DNA of 24,000 nucleotides from an uncultured Erysipelotrichaceae bacterium (GTDB lineage Bacteria > Bacillota_I > Bacilli_A > Erysipelotrichales > Erysipelotrichaceae), in contig CAYJIZ010000004.1 of assembly GCA_964370395.1 (NCBI GenBank), forward strand, positions 107,465 through 131,464, read 5' to 3'. Shown here in pieces: positions 17,262-24,000 of this stretch. The notes beneath the pieces were generated by a model that did no database searches, had not been told where the DNA came from, and was given only the letters and a program-made list of their open reading frames with translations. Every line of letters begins with the position of its first letter. Position 1 is the first letter of the stretch. A program made the translations under genes and the position numbers.

Positions 17262-17999
17262 TTAAATAATATCAATCTTTCCTTTGTACTTACGCATATG
17301 TTCTTTGTTGATGGCATCGCCTCGATCAAGATTACCACTCACCCAAATTGGTGGGTTCATTCCTTTGTCCGCCAACAGTTGAATGCTTTCCCCTACTATA
17401 CCGATCAACAAACTCATCGCAACAACCGTAGAGGTCGAACAAAACTTTTCACTTACTCGCGCATCTTCTAATACCGAATCCCCTTTGACTCCACAAATAT
17501 CCAGTACGATATCACTCACATCTTTTAGTAGTTTTCCACTGGAGTGTCTGGATTTTACTTGCGTAGAATAAGAAAGTGAAGTAACACCAATTACACGCAT
17601 TCCTTTTTTCTTCGCAGCAAGTGCCATATCAATACCTGCCGCATTTCTTCCTGATATCGATACAATAATCATCGTGTCATTTTCACTTGTCCACATCGTA
17701 TCCAATACTTCTGGGGCAAACCCTTCCGTACGTTCCATCACTTGTGATAAACGTGCTTTTGGATAAATATTATATTGTGGAATTTTAATTGCGTTAATAG
17801 GAACCAATCCTCCTGTACGAAAACACAGTTCTTCACCAAACATTTGGGAATGCCCACACCCAAAAACATGAATCACTCCATCCTTTTCTACCGTTGTCGC
17901 AATCGCATTGGCACATTGATCCAAAATCGTTTCTTGTTTTAATGCTTCATGTAACTGTTCTTCCATCACTTCCACAAATTCATTGTAACGTTTTTTCAT
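17262..17999 (-). CDS. SIS-domain sugar-phosphate-binding protein
   Basis: 'GVIHVFGCGHSQMFGEELCFRTGGLVPINAI', 'DTMIIVSISGRNAAGIDMALAAKKKGMRVIGVTS'. Confidence 0.85.
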   Translation of the reverse strand: MKKRYNEFVEVMEEQLHEALKQETILDQCANAIATTVEKDGVIHVFGCGHSQMFGEELCFRTGGLVPINAIKIPQYNIYPKARLSQVMERTEGFAPEVLDTMWTSENDTMIIVSISGRNAAGIDMALAAKKKGMRVIGVTSLSYSTQVKSRHSSGKLLKDVSDIVLDICGVKGDSVLEDARVSEKFCSTSTVVAMSLLIGIVGESIQLLADKGMNPPIWVSGNLDRGDAINKEHMRKYKGKIDII

Positions 18000-18014
18000 C
18001 TCTATCCCTCTTTT

Positions 18015-19331
18015 CTATTGGTGTTCCTTTTTCCATTGCTTGATTTGTTCCAAACGTGCTTTTACTTTCACTTCACTTCCTTGGTTAGTAGGATGATAGT
18101 ATTGTGCATTTACCAAAGAATCTGGCAAACATTGCATCGTTGTTAGTTTGGCTTCATTATCATGGGCATATTCATACCCTTTACCATAATTCAACTCTTT
18201 CATCAGTTTTGTTGGTGCGTTACGTATCACAAGTGGCACTGGCTCCGCTATCATTTTTAACGCATCTCTTTTCGCTTTTTCATAAGCCATATAAAGCGCA
18301 TTACTTTTAGGTGCAAGCGACAAATACGTAACAGCATGTGTTAAATGTACACTGCATTCTGGCATCCCTATAAAATGACAAGCTTGGTAAACACTTGTGC
18401 ATATTTCTACGGCACGCGAATCTGCCATCCCCACATCTTCACTCGCAAAACGAAGCAACCGACGTGCGACGTAAAGAGGATCTTCTCCTGCCTCTAACAT
18501 ACGTGCTAACCAGTAGATAGAAGCATCCACATCACTATTACGCATCGATTTATGCAAGGCACTAATGATGTTGTAGTGTTCTTCTCCTTGTTTATCATAC
18601 AATAGTGATTTTTGGTTTATGCATTGTTCAAGTAACGATTTATCCACATATGTTCCATCTTCTCGTACATCCCCATTTAACACTACCATTTCTAATGTAT
18701 TTAATGCTGTTCTTGCATCCCCATTACAAAAACCAGCAATCATATTCAAAACATCTTCTTCCATATGAACGCGGTATTCTTTTAATCCCTTTTCATCGTC
18801 TATCGCATGTTGCAACAACACCACGATATCCTCTCTTGTTAATCCTTTTAAGACAAACACTTTGCATCTTGATAAAAGGGCAGAGTTTACTTCAAAGCTA
18901 GGATTTTCTGTTGTCGCCCCAATTAAAACGATACTTCCTCTTTCCACAAAAGGCAAAAAGGCATCTTGTTGGGCTTTATTAAAACGATGTATCTCATCGA
19001 CAAAAACGATTGTTTTCTGTCCGTATTGTGTTGCTTTTTGTGCTTCATTCATCACCAATTTAATTTCTTTGATTCCACTTGTTACCGCACTAAACGTAAT
19101 AAATTTCGCTTGTGTTGTATTGGCGATAATACGTGCTAACGTCGTTTTCCCTACTCCTGGTGGACCCCAAAAAATCATACTCGAAATACGATCGTTTTGA
19201 ATTAATGATGAAAGAATCTTACCCTCTCCAATCAGATGCTGTTGTCCGACATAATCACTTAGTGTTTGTGGACGCAAACGATTGGCTAAAGGTTCTGCAT
19301 TTTGATTATAAAATAATGATTCCTGTTCCAT
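18015..19331 (-). CDS. rarA: Replication-associated recombination protein A (RarA/MgsA AAA+ ATPase)
   Basis: 'LADRLRP'-type N-terminus (here 'LANRLRPQTLSDYVGQQHLIGEGK'), 'MIFWGPPGVGKTTLARIIA', 'VDEIHRFNKAQQDAFLPFVE', 'LIGATTENPSFEVNSALLSR', and MgsA C-terminal domain. Confidence 0.95.
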   Translation of the reverse strand: MEQESLFYNQNAEPLANRLRPQTLSDYVGQQHLIGEGKILSSLIQNDRISSMIFWGPPGVGKTTLARIIANTTQAKFITFSAVTSGIKEIKLVMNEAQKATQYGQKTIVFVDEIHRFNKAQQDAFLPFVERGSIVLIGATTENPSFEVNSALLSRCKVFVLKGLTREDIVVLLQHAIDDEKGLKEYRVHMEEDVLNMIAGFCNGDARTALNTLEMVVLNGDVREDGTYVDKSLLEQCINQKSLLYDKQGEEHYNIISALHKSMRNSDVDASIYWLARMLEAGEDPLYVARRLLRFASEDVGMADSRAVEICTSVYQACHFIGMPECSVHLTHAVTYLSLAPKSNALYMAYEKAKRDALKMIAEPVPLVIRNAPTKLMKELNYGKGYEYAHDNEAKLTTMQCLPDSLVNAQYYHPTNQGSEVKVKARLEQIKQWKKEHQ

Positions 19332-19371
19332 AGTTTACCTCTTTTTCATTATAGCATATTCCTCAACAAAC

Positions 19372-19398
19372 AAAAAAAGCGATTGAATCAATCGCTTT
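19372..19398 (-). terminator. Minus-strand terminator overlapping the end of the ROK gene
   Basis: Minus-strand AAAGCGATTG-ATT-CAATCGCTTTTTTT. Confidence 0.8.
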
Positions 19399-20293
19399 AC
19401 TTACTCTTATTAAACGCCAAACAACCAGCACCTAACAACCCGCTATCTTCATCTAATGTCGACTTACGAATTTTTACATATGGTTTTAATGTGTCATATA
19501 CTTTATTCATAACACGCGCTTCTACCTCCTCTACAAATCCATCCACTTTTAGGGCAACACTTCCCCCTAATATGATAATTTCAGGATCCGTAATCGCAAT
19601 TAATGTTGCACAGAAATTCGCTAAGTATTCTTTCGCATCATCCATAATCGCTTGCGCTTCTTCGTTTCCTTGGCTCGCTAAGTCATTCACTTCTCCCGCA
19701 TGTGCTACATCCAACCCCGCACTTCCTGCTCTTGAAGTAATGGCTGTTCCACTACAAATTGCTTCGACTCCTCCAGGTAAGATTGCCCCATGGCTAGGAC
19801 CATCTTTCCATAAACATACATTGGCAACTTCATGGGCAAATCCATGCGCACCGATATAAATTTCTTTGTCGATTACTTGTCCACTTCCTAATCCTGTTGA
19901 AACAGTTAAAAACTGAACAAAACGATACTCTTTTCCTTCTCCGACAACCGCTTCTGCTAAAGCAGCTAAGTTTGCATCGTTTTCCAAATACACTGGTAAG
20001 TTACATAATTTAGATAGTTCTTCACTAATCGCAAAATTATGCCATTTCCCACGTAAGTTTGGTGTTTCTAATATTTTTCCACCAATTAAATCAAGCGGTC
20101 CTGGACATGACATTCCTACACCACATACTTCTTTTTGAAACCCATCGATTGTTTCACTAATTTTTTTCAAAGTATTGAATGGTTCATCTACATCAGTTGC
20201 GAATTGTACGCGATCGATAATTTTCATGCTCTCATCAATCAACGCAACTCTTGTATTTGTACCACCAATATCAACCCCAATTGCATATCTCAT
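19397..20293 (-). CDS. ROK-family protein (sugar kinase-like) lacking the canonical Cys/His zinc motif
   Basis: 'YAIGVDIGGTNTRVALID', 'VCGVGMSCPGPLDLIGGKI', 'YLENDANLAALAE' and 'TVSTGLGSGQVID'. Confidence 0.88.
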   Translation of the reverse strand: MRYAIGVDIGGTNTRVALIDESMKIIDRVQFATDVDEPFNTLKKISETIDGFQKEVCGVGMSCPGPLDLIGGKILETPNLRGKWHNFAISEELSKLCNLPVYLENDANLAALAEAVVGEGKEYRFVQFLTVSTGLGSGQVIDKEIYIGAHGFAHEVANVCLWKDGPSHGAILPGGVEAICSGTAITSRAGSAGLDVAHAGEVNDLASQGNEEAQAIMDDAKEYLANFCATLIAITDPEIIILGGSVALKVDGFVEEVEARVMNKVYDTLKPYVKIRKSTLDEDSGLLGAGCLAFNKSK

Positions 20294-20352
20294 GATACAC
20301 CTCCTGTTATAGTTTCTATTATGCCATAATTACCACATAAAATTAAGCATTA

Positions 20353-20379
20353 AAAAAGCCAATTGTGATAATTGGCTTA
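20353..20379 (-). terminator. Minus-strand terminator after ychF
   Basis: Minus-strand AAGCCAATT-ATCAC-AATTGGCTTTTTT. Confidence 0.8.
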
Positions 20380-21477
20380 TACATTAAATCGAAAATGCAT
20401 GACATCTCCATCTTGTACAACATAATCTTTTCCTTCTAAACGAAGTTTTCCTGCTTCTTTTACTGCTTGTTCACTTCCTAAGGCATCAATATCATCATAA
20501 GAGAATACTTCTGCACGAATGAATCCGCGTTGGAAATCCGTATGAATAATTCCAGCACATTCAGGAGCGCTCATCCCACGGCGAAACGTCCATGCTCGAA
20601 CTTCTTGTACTCCTGCTGTAAAGTAAGTACATAAATCAAGCATATGGTAACTTGCTCTGATTACTTTGTCCAATCCACTTTCTTCAATTCCTAAGTCTTG
20701 AAGGAAAATTTCTTTTTCTTCTTTATCCAAAGAAGAAAGTTCTTCTTCAATACGTGCACAAATCGCAACAACATCATTGTTTTCACTTTCTGCTAGTTGC
20801 TTAACTTGTACATAATAAGGATTTGCATCTGGGTTCGCAATTTCTTCTTCACTCATATTCGCTACGTAAATCATCGGTTTAATCGTTAATAAACTAAAGC
20901 TTTTTACTAATTGAAACTCTTCTTTATTTAACTCTACACTACGTGCAGGGCGACAATTAACCAATGCTTCCAATAGTTTTTCTAATACTTTCTTTTCCAA
21001 TAGTGCATCTTGTTCCTTGGCTTTCACTTTACGCTCCACCTTAGACAAACGATTTTCTACTGTTTGTTGGTCTGCTAACACTAACTCTAAGTTAATGATT
21101 TCGATATCACGAATTGGATCGACACTTCCTTCCACATGCGTAATGTTTTCATCATCAAAACAACGAACGACATGACAAATAGCATCGGTTAAACGAATGT
21201 TCGATAAGAATTGGTTTCCCAATCCTTCTCCTTTGCTCGCTCCTTTTACTAATCCTGCAATATCAGTAAATTCAAATGTCGTATTGATCGCTTTCTTCGT
21301 TTTTACGATATCGACCAAACGATCCACTCGAAAATCTGGTACTTCGACAACTCCTACATTTGGTTCTATGGTAGCAAATGGATAGTTTGCTGCTTCCACT
21401 TGCGATTTTGTTATTGCGTTAAATAATGTTGACTTCCCTACGTTTGGTAGTCCTACAATTCCTGCTGTTAATGGCAT
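20377..21477 (-). CDS. ychF: Redox-regulated ATPase YchF (Obg-like GTPase family)
   Basis: 'AGIVGLPNVGKSTLFNAITKSQVEAANYPFATIEPNVGVV', 'DIAGLVKGASKGEGLGNQFLSNIR' and C-terminal TGS domain 'RRGMSAPECAGIIHTDFQRGFIRAEV'. Confidence 0.96.
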   Translation of the reverse strand: MPLTAGIVGLPNVGKSTLFNAITKSQVEAANYPFATIEPNVGVVEVPDFRVDRLVDIVKTKKAINTTFEFTDIAGLVKGASKGEGLGNQFLSNIRLTDAICHVVRCFDDENITHVEGSVDPIRDIEIINLELVLADQQTVENRLSKVERKVKAKEQDALLEKKVLEKLLEALVNCRPARSVELNKEEFQLVKSFSLLTIKPMIYVANMSEEEIANPDANPYYVQVKQLAESENNDVVAICARIEEELSSLDKEEKEIFLQDLGIEESGLDKVIRASYHMLDLCTYFTAGVQEVRAWTFRRGMSAPECAGIIHTDFQRGFIRAEVFSYDDIDALGSEQAVKEAGKLRLEGKDYVVQDGDVMHFRFNV

Positions 21478-21548
21478 AATATCACTCTCTTTCAACTGTT
21501 ATAGTTTACCTTCTTTTGCTACTTAATTCAAGATTTATTAAGAAAACA

Positions 21549-22103
21549 TTATAGATAGATAAACAATCCTACAAGTCCACTAAAAATTAAAATAATCATC
21601 GGATTCATTTTCTTATAACGAAGCAAGTAAAATCCGATCACAAAGATAACAATCGCACTACAATTAATTCCACCTATTACGATGGGTGCATTCACATTAT
21701 TCAATAAAGCACTCATGAAAATAGAAATGGATGCCGATATGATCAATCCAATGGAGACAGCACGTAATCCAATTAATACATAAGATACACGATGATTGTC
21801 CTTATGTTTTTGAAAAAACTTATGCAATGCTACACTGACAAAAATACCAACAATAATACACCCTAAAGTAGCAACGATAGCTCCTGCAACTCCACCAACG
21901 CGCATCCCCACAAATGTCGCTGAGTTAATCGCAATCGGTCCAGGTGTCATTTGGGATAAAGTAATTAGATTTACGAAATCCTGTTGGCTTAACCAATGAA
22001 AGCTCTCCACCATCTCACTTTGAATTAAAGGGAGTATCGCATACCCACCACCGATACTAACTGCACCAATTTTTAAGAAGGCTAAAAACAATTCCCACAA
22101 CAT
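21549..22103 (-). CDS. Chromate transporter family protein (ChrA-like half)
   Basis: 'FLKIGAVSIGGGYAILPLIQSEMVE', 'NLITLSQMTPGPIAINSATFVG' and 'GVAGAIVATLG'. Confidence 0.88.
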   Translation of the reverse strand: MLWELFLAFLKIGAVSIGGGYAILPLIQSEMVESFHWLSQQDFVNLITLSQMTPGPIAINSATFVGMRVGGVAGAIVATLGCIIVGIFVSVALHKFFQKHKDNHRVSYVLIGLRAVSIGLIISASISIFMSALLNNVNAPIVIGGINCSAIVIFVIGFYLLRYKKMNPMIILIFSGLVGLFIYL

Positions 22104-22654
22104 TATTTTACCCTCCTAACAAGCACATAAACGATACAAATTAAGATGGCTACCAATAAGATTAAAAAGGCATTTATTTGCATGATAAAACTAGCAAAGA
22201 AGGATGCCCCTAACATTAGGTATAAGAAGTAATCTTTGCTTTTTACTAAGCTTGTTGACATTGTTACTAAAACATCTACAAGCAAAACCAAAACACCTGC
22301 TTCCATCCCATGTAAGATAGCAGAAATTACTTCATTCGCAATAAATGCATCATAAAAATTAGAGATGATTCCCAATAAGATCATCGGTGGTAATACAGAA
22401 CCAAAACAAGCAAGGATTACCCCTTTTGTATTCGCAATGCGATACCCGCTTAACGCACTTAAGTTAATCGCGATTGCACCAGGTGATGATTGTGCTATTG
22501 TCGCCATATCAATCAACTCTTCTTTTGAAAAATAGTGATACTTATCTACAAATGCTTTTTCCACCATCGGGATTACAACATATCCTCCCCCAAACGTGAA
22601 TGCACTAATTTTAAACATCTCAATAAAGATGTGCCAATATTCTATTTTTTTCAT
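22103..22654 (-). CDS. Chromate transporter family protein (ChrA-like half)
   Basis: 'MFKISAFTFGGGYVVIPMVEKAFVDKY' and 'IDMATIAQSSPGAIAINLSALSGYRIANTKGVILA'. Abuts the 21549-22103 gene. Confidence 0.88.
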   Translation of the reverse strand: MKKIEYWHIFIEMFKISAFTFGGGYVVIPMVEKAFVDKYHYFSKEELIDMATIAQSSPGAIAINLSALSGYRIANTKGVILACFGSVLPPMILLGIISNFYDAFIANEVISAILHGMEAGVLVLLVDVLVTMSTSLVKSKDYFLYLMLGASFFASFIMQINAFLILLVAILICIVYVLVRRVK

Positions 22655-22796
22655 TGCTTCCCTTCTTTCATACCATAGTATTATACCCTTTTTAAAGGAA
22701 ATAGTAAAAATCTGTAAGTAGTTTACTAAATGTTAACATTTTTTGTTTTCACTTCCCCATAAATGCGAGTATAATAAAGCATATTGAGGTATTGCT

Positions 22797-23561
22797 ATGG
22801 AATATGAAGATGTCTTAAACCTTGCTAGCAAAGCAGGAAAAATACTACTACAAAATGGTGCAGAAATTTATCGAGTAGAAGAAACCATAACACGCATATG
22901 CGAATGCTATGACGTGGAAGATGCCAATGCATTTGTGACTCCTTCCGGTATTTTTATTTCGTTCTTTAAAGCCAACAAAACTTACAGCAAAGTCATCCGC
23001 ACAAAGGAAATCACTTTAAATCTTGAAAAAATCAATCAAGTGAATGACTTGTCTCGTTGCATCCACGCAAAAAACATCTCCATTGAGCAAGCCAATGAAA
23101 AGCTAAAGGCGATTCAATCACAAGTCGGTTACAACAACGCTTTAAAAATGATTGCTTCTGGTTTTATCGCAACCTTTTTCACCTACTTCTTTAGCGGAAC
23201 GCTAATTGATGGAATATGCGCCTTCTTTATTGGTGTTATCGTGCAATTTGTCGCATCGAAATTTGATGCGAAACAAATTAACAGTATGGTCAAAATCACC
23301 ATATTATCAAGTTTGCTTACATTACTGACTTTAATTTTAGTCCGTTTTCAAATCGCACAACTAAAAGATAGTATCATCATGGGAAATCTAATGTTACTTG
23401 TACCTGGAGTAGCCATTACGAATGCCATTCGTGATTCCATTTCAGGTGACTTAATCTCTGGTATCACCAGAGGTATGGAAGCATGTTTCATCGCCATTGC
23501 GCTAGCCTTGGGTGCAGGGGTTACCATTAGTATTTGGATGACTTATCTAGGAGGTATCTAA
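22797..23561 (+). CDS. Threonine/serine exporter family protein, ThrE N-terminal (YjjP-like) part
   Basis: 'AGKILLQNGAEIYRVEETITRICECY', 'VTPSGIFISF', and 'LVPGVAITNAIRDSISGDLISGITRGMEA'. Confidence 0.9.
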   Translation: MEYEDVLNLASKAGKILLQNGAEIYRVEETITRICECYDVEDANAFVTPSGIFISFFKANKTYSKVIRTKEITLNLEKINQVNDLSRCIHAKNISIEQANEKLKAIQSQVGYNNALKMIASGFIATFFTYFFSGTLIDGICAFFIGVIVQFVASKFDAKQINSMVKITILSSLLTLLTLILVRFQIAQLKDSIIMGNLMLLVPGVAITNAIRDSISGDLISGITRGMEACFIAIALALGAGVTISIWMTYLGGI

Positions 23562-23562
23562 G

Positions 23563-24000
23563 ATGATTGTGAAAATTATTACTGCTACTCTTGCTACCTT
23601 CTTCTTCGGTATCTTATTTAATATAAAAAAAGAACACCTAGCTTATGCTGCTATCGGAGGTGGCATCGGGGCAAGTGCTTATGAATTACTAACTTATTTT
23701 CATTTTGATAAATATACTTCTATCTTTATCGCTGCTATCGTACTCGCTATTTATTGCGAAAGCATGGCGCGTCACAAGAAAACAACCGTTACTACTTTCG
23801 CGATCTGCTCATTAATTCCACTCGTTCCAGGAAATGGGATGTACTTAACGATGATTTCACTTGTAAACAACGAGTTCAATAACGCCATATCTTATGGTTT
23901 TGATACACTTGCAAGTGCAGGTTTGCTTGCTTTAGGTATTTTATTTGTTTCTACTTTCGCAAAGTTTTTCAAACCTAAAAACAAAACGAAAGAAGCTTGA
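23563..24000 (+). CDS. Threonine/serine exporter family protein, ThrE C-terminal (YjjB-like) part; stop codon is the last three bases of the window
   Basis: 'ATFFFGILFNIKKEHLAYAAIGGGIG' and 'LIPLVPGNGMYLTMISLVNNEF'. Directly follows the N-terminal partner gene. Confidence 0.88.
   Translation: MIVKIITATLATFFFGILFNIKKEHLAYAAIGGGIGASAYELLTYFHFDKYTSIFIAAIVLAIYCESMARHKKTTVTTFAICSLIPLVPGNGMYLTMISLVNNEFNNAISYGFDTLASAGLLALGILFVSTFAKFFKPKNKTKEA

Noticed and set aside
18862-19200. 112-aa plus-strand ORF and neighbouring 18605-18901 ORF
   Set aside because: Antisense to rarA, which has complete AAA+ motifs; no independent RBS or family motif.
19383-19859. 158-aa plus-strand ORF (MNQSLYLLLLNAKQ...)
   Set aside because: Lies antisense inside the clearly coding ROK gene with low-complexity Ser/Thr/Pro composition typical of a shadow ORF.
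21549-22654. Chromate resistance island
   Set aside because: Paired short ChrA-like genes are common in Firmicutes without chromate resistance; no other metal or mobile genes nearby.

Overview
Ordinary-looking chromosomal segment of a low-GC Firmicute (Erysipelotrichia-like by gene content; this is inference). Contents, left to right: 3' part of an AddA-type helicase-nuclease; a small protein with a possible HTH; a structured intergenic region with a 145-bp direct repeat; a malic enzyme / fumarase alpha-beta / CutC operon (minus); an XRE-membrane regulator; an HD protein followed by an Mrp/NBP35 ATPase; an AraC regulator and EamA transporter; a fructose-type PTS cluster with two class II aldolases and a PRD regulator (minus); SIS protein, RarA, ROK protein and YchF; a two-gene chromate-transporter-like pair (minus); and a split ThrE-type exporter (plus). 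No CRISPR array, tRNA, rRNA or clear mobile element was seen. The most unusual region is 2841-3391. Two 145-bp repeats lie exactly 406 bp apart, and each folds into three consecutive hairpins. All six substitutions between the copies fall in hairpin loops. Between them lies a tiny ORF for a very hydrophobic, Lys-ending 27-aa peptide, plus a possible antisense promoter, which resembles an undescribed type I toxin-antitoxin or small-membrane-peptide locus. Second most interesting are about five related approximately 25-bp motifs near the PTS genes, three of them spaced 43-44 bp apart upstream of EIIB. They are candidate operators for the PRD regulator.
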